A stretch of 64,000 nt of DNA. It comes from Octopus sinensis. Its lineage: Eukaryota. A program made the translations under genes and the position numbers. Each line of letters begins with the position of its first letter. The first letter of the stretch is position 1. The DNA lies in contig NC_043003.1 of NCBI RefSeq assembly GCF_006345805.1, positions 24,986,001 to 25,050,000 of the forward strand, given 5' to 3'. Positions 23,073 through 35,898 of this stretch are shown here, piece after piece. The notes beneath the pieces were generated by a model. The model was not told where the DNA came from, did no database searches, and saw only the letters and a program-made list of their open reading frames with translations.

Positions 23073-23289
23073 TATATGTGTGTGTGCGTGTATGAGTATA
23101 TATTATATATATATATATACGTTCATAGTTGTGCTAATTCTCCTTGGAAACAATTCCTGGTGGTTGAGACCATTGCGGATCTATTTTTAGCGCAAGAGCG
23201 ACCACATAGTGGACACTCTCTTATATTTGTGTGTTAATTTTTACTGTATCCCAGGTTTTTATGCGCTAAACCACTTGGTGTTAAATTGA

Positions 23290-23628
23290 TGTTATTGATG
23301 GCTCAGTGGTTAGAGCGTCGAGCTTACGTTCGTGAGGTTGTGAGTTCGAATCCCGGACCGGGCTGCGTGTTGTGTACTTGAGCAAGGCACTTTATTTCAC
23401 GTTGCTCCAGTTCACTCAGCTGTAGAAATGAGTTGCGACGTCACTGGTGCCAAGCTGTATCGACCTTTGTCTTTCCCTTGGATAACACTGGTGGCGTGGA
23501 GAGGGGAGGCTGGTATGCATGGGCGACTGCTGGTCTTCCATAAACAACCTTGCCCGGACTTGTGTCTAGGAGGGTAACTTTCTAGGTGCAATCCCATAGT
23601 CATTCATGACCGAAGGGGGTCTTTACCT
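23290..23628 (+). mobile_element. tRNA/CORE-type SINE family D, copy 1
   Basis: GGCTCAGTGGTTAGAGCG...GAGTTCGAATCCCGG head, CORE-like centre, body shared with 53750-54048. Confidence 0.85.
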
Positions 23629-23663
23629 ATTAAATTAATATCCGATTTTTTCACCCTTATTTT

Positions 23664-23738
<75 letters not shown>

Positions 23739-23978
23739 ACACACATACATACACACGCCCACATATACACATTCACATATGCACACACGATAACAGCCAA
23801 TTGTTTCCGTTCGTCAAATTGCTTGATTGACCCTAGAGTGGGATGAAACCGGACATCGCATGGTTGCGAAGACAAGCCCTTGACAACACAGCCGTGCAGA
23901 TCGGTGTGACACATTTCACTTTCGGCGTGATCTAATCAGATGCATGGTTTACCACCACACTCACCAAATACCACCACC

Positions 23979-24012
<34 letters not shown>

Positions 24013-24102
24013 TCATCACCACCACCACCATTATCATCAACATATGTTTGCAAAGCGAACTTTTTAACCATTTAGCCATACTACATCTATGCTAGTCTAA
24101 TG

Positions 24103-24470
24103 TGGAGGCGCAATGGCCCAGTGGTTTGGGCAGCGGACTCGCGGTCATAGGATCGTGGTTTCGATTCCCAGACCGGGCGTTGTGAGTGTTTATTGAGCGA
24201 AAACACCTAACGCTCCACGAGTCTCCGGCAGGGGATGGTGGTGATCCCTACTGTACTCTTTCACCACAACTTTCTCTCACTCTTACTTCCTGTTTCTGTT
24301 GTACCTGTATTTCAAAGGGCCGGCTTTGTCACTCTCTGTGTCACGCTGAATATCCCCGAGAACTACGTTAAGCGTACTCGTGTCTGTGGAGTGCTCAGGC
24401 ACTTACACGTTAATTTCACGAGCAGGCTGTTCCGTTGATCGGATCAACCGTAACCGACGGAGTGCTTCCA
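24103..24470 (+). mobile_element. tRNA-derived SINE family E
   Basis: GGAGGCGCAATGGCCCAGTGG...GGTTTCGATTCCCAG head followed by a distinct body. Confidence 0.65.
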
Positions 24471-24584
24471 AAAAAATGCTAGTCTAATATAAAGACAGAA
24501 AAAGTGAAAAACGAAATACAAAAGGTACACACATATAGGTGCATACCTCAAATTTTTTTCTACTGTAGGCATAAGTAGGGGGGG

Positions 24585-25287
24585 GCAGTCGATTAGATCG
24601 ACACCAGTACGCAACTCGTACTTAATTTATCGACTCCGAAAGGATAAACAGTAAAGTCTGCCTCGGCGAAATTTGAACTCAGAACGTAAATACAGACGAA
24701 ATACCTATTTCTTTACTACCCACAAGGGGCTAAACACAGAGAGGACAAACAAGGACAGACAAACGGATTCAGTCGAGTATATCGACTCCAGGGCGTAAAT
24801 GGTACTTATTTAATCGATTCCGAAAGGATGAAAGACAAATTTGACCTCGGCGGAATTTGAACTCAGAACGTAACGGCAGACGAAATACTTATTTCTTTAC
24901 TACCCACATGGGGCTAAACACAGAGGACAAACAAGGACAGACAAACGGATTCCCGGTGCGTAACTGGTATTTATTTAATCGATCCCGAAAGGATGAAAGG
25001 CAAATTTGACCTCGGCGGAATTTGAACTCAGAACGTAACGGCAGACGAAATACTTATTTCTTTACTACCCACATGGGGCTAAACACAGAGAGGACAAACA
25101 AGGACAGACAAACGGATTAAGTCGATTATATCGACCTCAGTGCGTAACTGGTACTTATTTAATCGACCCCGAAAGGATGAAAGGCAAAGTTGACCTCGGC
25201 GGAATTTGAACTCAGAATGTAACGGCAGACGAAATACCACTAAGCATTTCGCTCGGCGTGCTAACGTTACTCCCAGCTCACCGTCTT
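24585..25287 (-). mobile_element. SINE family A concatemer (one head, about four bodies)
   Basis: Unit junction GAAATAC(C/T)TATTTCTTTAC recurs near 24706, 24890 and 25055. Confidence 0.9.
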
Positions 25288-25623
25288 AGGCATGCCTCAA
25301 ATTACGCCAGGAACTGGTTCTAAGATATGCGACTTCAGTTAAAAAACGATGTAACACGAAAATGCATTTCAAAATATTTGTCGGTTGATATTTGTTTGAA
25401 TAAATGGTTGGTACATATTTTCACATGTAATTTCGTTTGGTTTTCCGCTTCAGTATTTGTAGTCAGGTATTTCAAAAATTTCTATGCTTTAAAATGTCTT
25501 CGTTGACACTGGTGTTAATTTAGATAAATCGACTGAAAGTGAGGCTTTTTTTTTCCCGTTAATTCAAAAAACAAAAAACAAAAAACAAATGTCTCTACCC
25601 ACCTTTCTCTCTCTTTCTTTCTT

Positions 25624-25629
<6 letters not shown>

Positions 25630-25691
<62 letters not shown>

Positions 25692-25693
25692 TG

Positions 25694-25735
<42 letters not shown>

Positions 25736-25737
25736 TG

Positions 25738-25774
<37 letters not shown>

Positions 25775-25807
25775 ATATGTATATATATATATGTATGTGT
25801 GTATATG

Positions 25808-25841
<34 letters not shown>

Positions 25842-25995
25842 AATATATATTTATATATATATATATACATATAACAAGCAAATTAGCTAGTTAGTGAGCG
25901 ATAAACATATATATATATACATACATACATGCATACATATATACATGTACATATACAATATATAGATGTATATATGTGTGAGTATAAACGTGTAA

Positions 25996-26093
<98 letters not shown>

Positions 26094-26210
26094 TGTATAT
26101 ATATATATATATATGTAAATATATATATGTATGTGTGTATATGTATATATATATATGTATATATATATATGTATTATATATATATATGTATATATATATA
26201 AATATATATT

Positions 26211-26241
<31 letters not shown>

Positions 26242-26408
26242 CAAGCAAATTAGCTAGTTAGTGAGCGATAAACATATATATATATACATACATACATGCA
26301 TACATATATACATGTACATATACATATATATAGATGTATATATGTGTGAGTATAAACGTGTAACTCTCTCTCTCTCCCCCCTCTCTCTTTCTCTCCCTCT
26401 CTCTCTCT

Positions 26409-26430
<22 letters not shown>
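25630..26430. repeat. Tandem duplication of a compound-microsatellite unit of about 365 bp
   Basis: Unique markers AACAAGCAAATTAGCTAGTTAGTGAGCGATAAAC (about 25873 and 26240) and GAGTATAAACGTGTAAC each occur twice in register. Confidence 0.85.
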
Positions 26431-26440
<10 letters not shown>

Positions 26441-27506
26441 ATAGTTGATTGTGACCATTGTGCAATTTCTCAGGAAGAGTGCCAGATGACGGTAATGTCT
26501 TCAACATTTCTTTCCATCATCGCATTTCATCGCCAAACAAGGATACATTTTGTCCAAGGCAGTTTCTGAATGCACAACTTCTGTGACCTCATTATCCACA
26601 ACGGCCAACTGTACTGTTTAATAAGGCCACAAACATATTTACAATTAGATTGATTATGTCCTTGAGAGATGCGAAAACATTTAGTCAGTTAGCTGAAATT
26701 GAGCGATGTGACGGATAAGATATAAACGCAGCCTTCGCTTGGTAAGATTTTGACCTAGTTAATACACACAAATGAATGAATTATAGAAACTATATTTATA
26801 TTCGAGATAAATAATTTCCTTGAGACAATGACAGTTTATAAGTAAGTAAACTAGTGGATGGTTGTTGGCGTAAGCTAAACGCCACAAAAGTCAGACTGCT
26901 ATCTGTGTAGCGAGTTGTTGAGTAGGTTTGAAATGTAGAAATTTGAAGTGTGGGGGATACAGAAGTGCGGAGGCTTGGACTAATCTTTGCTCTCAATAAT
27001 GTGAGGCATATTTGTATTTCAGTGGCCATTTTACTGTAATCAAAAGTTCATGTTTGAAGTGTTCAACCCCCACTGTTAAGATAAGTTATCTCGTTCATCA
27101 CGATAACTGCTGTAATTTATGTGTGTTTAAATACACATCTTGTTTTTCTTGCTTCTGTTATTTTTAATAATGCCAATTAGCTCTTCTTTTTCTCTTTTTT
27201 TTTTCTCTTTTTTATTTTGTACTATCCCTGTTAATGGGGTTAGCTTTTACAGAAAGGACGTACGTATGCATGTATGTGTGTGAGAATAATAGGATGGGCA
27301 CATGTGTTTATATGAGTACGTGTGTTGGTAGAAATATCTAGGTGTTACAGATAGATGATATGATATGATTGGTGTATGCTCTAGCCTTTGTTTCACTTCA
27401 CCGGTGGTCGAAGTCCCACGGCTGCGCAGGAATTTGAACAATATTGGATACATTAGCCTATTGCATGTTGGTATTAATCGGAAGTAGATTAAATTGTCTC
27501 CTGTAA

Positions 27507-27634
<128 letters not shown>

Positions 27635-28670
27635 ATGTCTGTCTGTCAATCTGTCTGTCTATTTAATCTTCCATTTAAACTTACAAGGAAGTTATCTCAG
27701 AAACCCTGTCCTTTACCTGTTGTTTCTAGCATGTCTGAGATGACATTTGCGTACCTTGCCCCACCACCACCACACTTATTTCTTTCCTCAATTTGCTCAC
27801 ATTTCTATGTTTCCCATACAGAAGATTTGCATTTCGCCTGAAAGTAGGTAACCGATGGGTGGCCGAAGTGGGGGAAGGGGCATTCGGTATTTCTTTCAGA
27901 AAAATTAAACTTTCAAAAACAAATTATATTTCCCACATCTCTGTATTTTTCCACGTGCATAAAAAACAAAATTCGAAAAACAGTTAAAAATTAGGAAATT
28001 TCGGCGGGGAGTGGAGAAATTATAATTTTGAAAACAAAATTTCTGGCCAATGTCATATTAACCCCTTTTTATTCCATGAAACAGTACATAGTCTGTGATC
28101 CTTCTAAAGAACATAAATTACTTTCATGCAAATTGTACCCCCTACTTCACCTCTGGACAAATAATAATTTCCATTACGCCACTATATATCAGCTAACAGA
28201 ATTACGCTTATCGAGACAGAACATAGCCAAATCATTCACAGTTTACCGCTTCTTCTCATAATAACGGTATACAAATTGACACATGAATTTTCCCACATCT
28301 TTTCATTCGTTACTAAAAAATCTAATTATACAATGCACAACTGCAAATTGCTATGTCTTCCATCTTATATCTTCCTTAATCGTTCGCTCTTTTCAGCCAT
28401 GCCACCAAAACGAAGACATTCTCAAGGGCCGTAAAGAAAAATGCCTCTATTCGTGCTCAAGAAAACTCATTTCAGCGATGCCCAAATGTGTAATATTTAA
28501 AAATGATCACCGACGGCGGAAGTTCTGTTCTAAACTATACTTATTGTCTGGGATGAATGCATGATGGCATACCGTGGTGCACTAGATGACCTAGATAGGT
28601 CACTAAGGGATATTAAGAAACAGTACTGCCATTATGGGGGCTTAGGTATTGTCCTCGCAAGGGGGGGGGG

Positions 28671-28821
28671 GTAAGTAGCTTGCTTACCAATCACATGGTT
28701 CCGGGTTAAGTCCCACTGCGTGGCACCTTGGGCAAGTGTCTTCTACTATAGCCTCGAGCCGACCAAAGCCTTGTGAGTGGATTCGGTAGACGGAAACTGA
28801 AAGAAGCCCGTCGTATATAAG

Positions 28822-28897
<76 letters not shown>

Positions 28898-28958
28898 TCC
28901 CCCCAACATCGCTTGACAACCGATGCTGGCGTGTTTACGCTCCCGTAACTTAGCGGTT
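28671..28958 (+). mobile_element. Truncated SINE family B within the Helitron helicase
   Basis: CORE head, (TG)n and start of tail module. Confidence 0.85.
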
Positions 28959-28959
28959 C

Positions 28960-29420
28960 AACTCCCTACAACCCACAGAACTGTCACTGCATTAGTTTTT
29001 CCCAAAGAAAGGTGCACCGAGGAAGTTGGACCCATCACGACTATGTAATGGTACAAAATGGACTGTAACTACAATGACAAGCCATGTCCTACAAGCAACC
29101 ATTATTGCCGGTTATCATCGAGGAGAGATCGCGTACATTCCATGCATGCCTCATATTCACTCAAATGTGTCATTTCAGTTCAAGCCCTCCAGTTCCCAGT
29201 GCAATTATGCTTCGCTATGACAATCAACAAAGCCCAGGGTCAAACTTTAAAAGTTGTGGGTCTCAATTTACAAATACCCTACTTTTCTCATGGACAACTA
29301 TACGTTGCATGCTGTCGAGTTAGCAGTGCATATGACTTGTATATTTATTCTATCAACGCTGGACTTACGCAAAACATAGGTTATCCAGAAGCACTGACGG
29401 TTTCACTTAACATATATTGA
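28960..29420 (+). pseudogene. Helitron PIF1-helicase C-terminal fragment (frameshifted)
   Basis: ORFs 29026-29220 and 29058-29420 together give the helicase motif V/VI region. Confidence 0.9.
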
Positions 29421-30776
29421 AGTGTGAAGTCTGCTCAAACATTACAGAACTGATGCTTTTCACAATGAAGCAACTTTCTTTACATGTACCTTACTTTCCG
29501 CAATATTGATACATCTACGTCTTCATACGTCGTACAATTCTTTAAATCCGTAAGTCCAGGTAATTCTGGGGGCAATATTAGGATTTCATTCTAATTTAAG
29601 CTGCCATTCTACATGTTTTTGGTGTCAACAATTCCAGCATTGTTCATCACAAAATGACCGGAAAACATGTTTATAAAGAAGAGTTGTTTGCTTCACATTC
29701 CTCGTGTGCCGATTCTGCCTATAAGAAAGAAACAATGTGGGTGTAGGTCATAACATCTGAGCAACTGCTTACAAAAATAGGGATTAATGTATAATTTCTT
29801 TCTGTATTCATAATTTTTTGTTTACAATATTGGGGAAAATATGCCACCAAAGAAAAGATGTAATCTCTCCAGAAACAAGTATAAGGAGGATCGTAGAAAA
29901 CCGAAGGCAAGAGTCTGAAGAAAGAAGCTAGATGAGATTTTCTCAAGATCAGCAAATGCATGTTGCAGCACTTAATGTTGGGTCATTAAATCAATGTTTT
30001 AATGATTAGACAGAGGTCCAATAGAATAGGTGTAAGAAACAGACTACGTACAAATTCGTTCAACTCCTGAAGCTGGTTTCAGATATGATCCATCCCATTC
30101 TTATAAAAATAATAACTCTGTCCAAATTGGTGTGCTAAACACAAATTGTCCTTTAAATTTTCAAATTAAACAAATGGTAAGTGCTGTTCAGGCGGTCAGG
30201 TAACATTGCCGGCACTACCAGTTCCTTCTCAACCTCTTATGGATCTTCTAGAAGGTATTTCTATCCAGTCAAAGGATTTTATGAACAATATCAGACAATA
30301 CAACTCTGCAAATGACATCGTTTACTGCATCTAAGAAAATAGATAAACATGAATTTACGACGACGTCAAAGTTCAAGGGCAAGTCTATCACCTCATTGGT
30401 TCCCTGTTACCCACAAATGAACAACCACAGCTCCTCCAAATTTACTTTATGAGTGATGTAGGACAATAAACCCGAAGGAGGTGTCAACATTTCAGATGAT
30501 AGGTCGTGTTAGATACAACGCCGACTGCTCCAAAAGCGAGTATATCCACTGACAGATTTTCGGTGCGTTCAAAAATCACATAACCCCCACAGGTTAGGGC
30601 CTGAAATACTCCAAACGGACGTATAGTATGTTGCTTAGTCAAATTAGCCTATCATTTACTCCACAAATGTTTTGTTGTCAATGCTGCACTTACCCATATC
30701 ACCAGTTTCAACATAACTGTAATATATTATATACAACCTATGCCATTTTAATCCCGAGCAACGCCGGGTGTCCCTG

Positions 30777-30824
<48 letters not shown>

Positions 30825-30825
<1 letters not shown>

Positions 30826-32327
30826 TAGCAGAATTGCCCGGCGTTGCTCGGGGCTGAATTGCTTGAAAGTACTGTTAATGATTGCACTGAATTATGATGA
30901 TTATTCAGGCAAATATTGAAATAAGCTTACGGTGGGAGATAAGGACTTAACGCCAAACGTGTGCCATTGCATTGTTTTGGGGGAACCAAATTTCTGATGA
31001 GCATTATAGGGGCACTAACTTTAAGTTTGAGAAAGTGTGGTGGTAGTCCGGGGTGCTCAAAGGAATTGAGTACCTCTATTGGATAGTTGATGACGTCCTC
31101 TGGGTCAGGAGTTGTATCGATAGACTGATATACATCGACTCCCCAGGAATGAGTTTTAGCATTTCATCATTAATATGGTGAACAGTTTTATTCCTCGGGG
31201 CCAGTATAGCCTTTTTGCCAATCCAATCCATTTCTGATAATTAGCTTGTAAATCTGGGAACACTGCATCTCTGAGATCAGAAGGCGTCTTAACAATGGTA
31301 CAAATGGAATCGATGGCAATATTACCATTTTCATCCCCTGGTATTTTGCCTTCGCCAAGTGCAAGGAGGGTGTGAGGAAATGCTGGTGATGTGATATTAC
31401 GTCGCATATGAGCACGCATATTGGTGTGAAGTTTGAGAGTTACTTCCGTTTATTTTTAAAAATATGCATTAAAATGGAAAAAAATGATGGTAAATTATTT
31501 GTAAAATCATAGACTCATCGTAGACGCGCGCTAATACCCAGAAGGGCTCGATATGAATCACGACTATAAGATACCCGGTTTTGGTTAAACTGCATCGCAA
31601 AATGTGGGAGTAGTTAGGAATCTAAATCGGAGTAGACAGACACACAACCTTTCTTTTATATATAAATACATACATACACACACACATACATACACACACA
31701 CACACACACACATACATGCATACATACATATACACATAAACCGAGTAAAAAATTTCAGTTATCTCTCTCTTTCACACATTACTCTCTCTGTCTCTTCACA
31801 CACACTAACAGAAGCACTTCACTTACGCAACATACTGTCTGTCTCCCACACTCATCAAAAACCACACACACACACACACATGTACATCAATGAGTCCTAT
31901 GCACGGTAACTTCAAAGGAACTTCCCTCGTCATACAATCGCTTTCTCTTAGTCTCTTTCGCTCTCATTACTTATGTAAAAAAATAAAAGTTTTTTCTATG
32001 TGTGTAAAGAGGAAGTGGGAGGCAGAGTGAAAGAATCACTCACTACAGTAAGTGAATTACTTTCATTTTATTCCTTGCCCACTGTGTGTGTGCGTTTGCG
32101 TGTGGTGTAAACCAGACTAAGAAAAGCATTTGACACACACACCAGAATGTGAGTTTTCTGTAAATTTTGCTTAATTGGAGTTTAAATTTTAAAAACTGGA
32201 CCTGGCATGACGCGATGCATTGTACTCTTAAAAATGCTAGGTAAATTGTAATTGAAGAAATCCTATATTGTAGATTTGTATAACTCCCAAAGGGAGGCAG
32301 ATAAAATCTGCCTTTTATAATAAGAGA
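30825..32327 (-). mobile_element. Non-autonomous Helitron of about 1.5 kb with both termini
   Basis: Minus-strand 5' A|TCTCTTATTATAAAAGGCAG at 32327; 3' hairpin CCCGAGCAACGCCGGG plus CTAG|T at 30825; internal helicase fragment (NMRAHM..FPHTLLALGEGKIPGDENG..DLRDAVFPDL, about 31000-31420) and (CA)n tracts. Confidence 0.85.
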
Positions 32328-32748
32328 TATATATTATATATATATAAATAAATGTATATGTATACATAGACGTATATATATGTATATATACTTCGTGGGG
32401 TGCCTATATGGATGTATATTTTTTCATTTATATATATATACATTTGTGTATATATATGTATATATATATCGGTATTTATACAATCGGGTGTGTGTGTGTG
32501 TGTGTGTGTGTGCGCATGAATCTGTGTGAGCAATATTTTTAACCGCGACGTTCCAATTGTATCTGATTCTTCATGTGCATCAATTCTCTTTATGTACATA
32601 TATTTACGAAGATTGCTGACATTTACTAATGTTTTTCCCCATTGGGTTGATGTACCATTTTCTATCATTAATAAAACTGTCGGCATTTTTCACGACACAG
32701 ATATGCTTGTAGATATGTAAAATTTAATATACACACACACACACACAT

Positions 32749-32820
<72 letters not shown>

Positions 32821-32823
<3 letters not shown>

Positions 32824-33208
32824 CGCAGGAGTGGTGTGTGGCAAGTAGCTTGCTTACCAGCCACATGGTTCTGGATTCAGTCCCACTGCGTGGCACCTTG
32901 GGCAAGTGTCTTCTATTATAGCCTCGGGCCGACCAAAGCCTTGTGAGTGGATTTGGTTGACGGAAACTGAAAGAATCCCGTCGTACATATATATGTATGT
33001 GTGTATGTGTGTTAGTGTGTCTGTGTTTGTCCCCCAACATCGCTTGACAACCGATGCTGGTGTGTTTACGTCCCCGTCACCTAGCGGTTCGGCAAGAGAG
33101 GCCGATGAAATAAGTACCAGGCTTACAGAATCTTGGGGTCGATTTGCTCGATTAAAGGCGGTGCTCCAGCATGGCCGCAGTCAAATGACTGAAACAAATA
33201 AAAGAATA
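32821..33208 (+). mobile_element. Composite SINE family B
   Basis: Full head, microsatellite and tail. Confidence 0.85.
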
Positions 33209-33217
33209 ACAGTATAC

Positions 33218-33400
33218 ATGTTTGTATGTATGCATATATTTTATTTATTACACTATTGTATGACTGAGCGCCTTCGCGTTGATTCGATTCGATTCGTTTG
33301 GTTTCATTTCATTTCTTCTTCTCTAAGCTGGTTTTTATATATAATTATGACGCGAAACTCCATAACTCCTTCTCTCTTTCTTTCACCCCCTTTTGCCTCC

Positions 33401-33437
<37 letters not shown>

Positions 33438-34107
33438 TCCTCATCTCTCTCACAGCCGGGTCTACGAACTTCCTTTCGCGGCGGCCTTATTCAAGTAAAC
33501 ATGTTTCTTCCTGCGCTCGTGAAAATTTTTTTTTCATCGTCTAGGCTTATAGGCCCTCTTTATTTGTTTTCCTGTCCTGTTTCTATTCCTTCTTGTACTG
33601 TATTTCTTGTAATTGTATTTTTATTTTGTATTTGTTCTTAATTGTATTGTTTTTACGTCCTGTTTTTGTCACATTTTTTTCCCTTGTTTTTACCCCTCTG
33701 CAAAGGAATTTTATTTAATTCTTTCGCAGGAAGGACTAGTTCGACGAGACGTGTTCTGTCCTCACCTTCAAAACACGCTGGAGTTGAACTAGGGACGGCT
33801 GATGAAGGGGATTTTTCCTTGTGTAGTTGTCTTGTACTCTGTTTTTTCGTTGTTAAAGGAATGGTCCGTTCCATGCTGTTTTTACGTTTTCGTTTCTCGT
33901 TGAGTTCTACGTCTATTTGTGGTGTCCTGTACACACGTATATATATTTATATATGCATGTATATATACATGTAGATGTAGGTACGTACATATATGTTTGT
34001 ATGTATGCATATATTTTATTTATTACACTATTGTATGACTGAGCGCCTTCGCGTCGAATCGATTCGATTCGTTTGGTTTCGTTTCGTTTCTTCTTCTTCT
34101 CTAAGCT

Positions 34108-34112
<5 letters not shown>
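33218..34112 (-). mobile_element. About 0.9-kb element with about 118-bp direct terminal repeats (LTR/pseudo-LTR-like)
   Basis: 33218-33334 and 33993-34112 are near-identical; on the minus strand the repeat has TATATAAA upstream and AATAAA; 93-aa ORF 33653-33934 with no recognised domain. Confidence 0.6.
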
Positions 34113-34138
<26 letters not shown>

Positions 34139-34504
34139 TCTTTTTTCTGTTAAACACATGTTCTGAATCGAAACCTTATTTTTGTTTTGTTTTACTTTGA
34201 TAAATTTATTTTAATCAATCAGAATTATCCACCTTGTTATTGGTTTAGAAACTGACAAGTATCAAGCTTCCTCCAAAGTCACATTTCCCTCTCGTTATTA
34301 ATGAAATGACAAAACAAATTCTCATAATTTCTTCTTTCTTCATGACAGTATTTGACAAGTTTAAATTATTGGTAATCGTTTTAATTTTTATGAAACATGG
34401 TAATTTCATAATCGCAAGAAAGGCCTAAATATGTATGTACATAACTACAAAGACAATGAGTATTAGCAAGACGGACGAAAAAGGAATATAATGTTTATGG
34501 ACAA

Positions 34505-34615
34505 GAGTGGCTGTGTGGTAAGTAGATTGCTTACCAACCACATGGTTCCGGGCAAGTGTCTTCTACTATAGCCTCGGGCCGACCAAAGCCTTGTGAGTGG
34601 ATTTGGTAGACGGAA

Positions 34616-34702
<87 letters not shown>

Positions 34703-34935
34703 CTATGTATGTATGTGTATATGTTTGTGTGCCTGTGTTTCTCCCCAACATCGCTTGACAACCGATGCTGGTATGTTTACGTCCCCGTAACTTAGCGGTT
34801 CAGCAAAAGAGGCCGATACAATAAGTACTAGGCTTACAAAGAATAAGTCCTGGGGTCGATTTGCTCGACTAAAAGCGGTGCCCCAGCATAGCCGCAATCA
34901 AATGACTGAAACAAGTAAAAGAGTAAAGAGTAAAG
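34505..34935 (+). mobile_element. Composite SINE family B (small internal deletion)
   Basis: Head, (TA)n and tail. Confidence 0.85.
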
Positions 34936-34959
34936 AATGACGCTTGAACAAATTTAAAA

Positions 34960-35490
34960 AAGCTTCCAATAATCGGTAATGCAGCTCTGTGTAGAAAAAG
35001 TTAGTCAAAGAATAGATAAGGCTAAAACTGCATTTATAAACATACAAAGGACCTTCAGCTTAAAAGACACAACACCGAACTTAAAACTGAGATGAATAAA
35101 CTGTTGTTTACTATGAGGCAGACGTTTGGACAATGTACAGAACAATGGAGAAGATAAATGCTGTTGAGATATGGACAGAATAAGCTGAAAAGACAGGATA
35201 ACAAACGCTGCCGTTTTAGAAAAGCTGAAAGTTCAAAGAGAATTATTGTCGAGAATCAAGTCTAGAAAGCTATTATATTTTGCACAGACAATGCACCACC
35301 ACTGCCCTAATAGGAAATGTAGAGAGAAAGAGAATAAGAGATCGTCAAAAATGTTTGTAGGGTAACATCAAAGGATGGACAGGAAGCACGAGCCTGGTTG
35401 ATTGTATGTATGCAGCACAACACGGAGGGAACTTCAGAGTTATGGCAAGTCGACCTCTGGGTACAGGGAGGGAACCTAACTGATGACGAT
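34960..35490 (+). mobile_element. Decayed RTE-type LINE 3' fragment
   Basis: Broken frames give YEADVWTMYRTMEKINAVEIW, DRITNAAVLEKLKVQRELLSRIKSRKLLYF and ALIGNVERKR, an RTE ORF C-terminus pattern. Confidence 0.7.
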
Positions 35491-35898
35491 GGTCTTTTTT
35501 CCATTCTTCACATCCCATTTCCTGGCTCCATTGCACTAGACGCCACAAAAGAACTGATCACTCACCGACATGGCCTACAAGGGGTTCAGTCCGTACAATT
35601 GTCCGAGCTTAGAGAGAGAAGGGTGTCCTGCGAATATCTGACAGTTCTATCCTTGAAAATAAAATAAAAAATAAAATAAACAATAAACAAACAAGCAATT
35701 AAATAAATAAATAAACCTCACCCACTGCCCTTTTACAATTTTAAGAGGTTATCTCTCTTTCGGATCCCCCGAAAGCAGCCATATTCCACCACTTTGCAAA
35801 ATTTCTGATGGAAGCCCTGAAATTACTTGTAACGTAATTTGACATAATTTTTGCAATTCTTTAACCTTTTCTCCAGTGCTATTTCCTTTTTTCTGTAG

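Larger units (their letters stand above)
28320..30780 (+). mobile_element. Mosaic of deleted Helitron(s) ending in hairpin plus CTAA
   Basis: PIF1 motifs LIVWDECMMAYRGALDDLDRSLRDI (about 28540-28660) and RLCNGT...QFPVQLCFAMTINKAQGQTLKVVGLNL..YFSHGQLYVACCRV (about 28960-29420); ORF start MPPKKRCNLSRN at 29841; Rep N-terminal CCSGGQVTLP, NIRQYNSA, KVQGQVYHLIGSLLP (to about 30470); 3' CCCGAGCAACGCCGGG..CTAA|T. Confidence 0.85.

Noticed and set aside
23290-23352. tRNA-like sequences here and at 5531, 18082, 24103 and 53750
   Set aside because: A/B boxes are present but run into SINE bodies without a complete cloverleaf or acceptor stem; these are SINE heads, not tRNA genes.
23838-23905. Open frame SGMKPDIAWLRRQALDNTAVQI with AG/GT borders
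   Set aside because: Its reverse complement matches a decayed family B SINE head.
24585-25287. Regularly spaced repeats that might suggest a CRISPR array
   Set aside because: Units are whole SINE bodies of about 180 bp with no unique spacers; eukaryotic context, no cas genes.
33770-33815. CTGATGAAGG with upstream CCTTCAAAAC as a permuted hammerhead
   Set aside because: GAAA is absent and stem I does not form in this copy.
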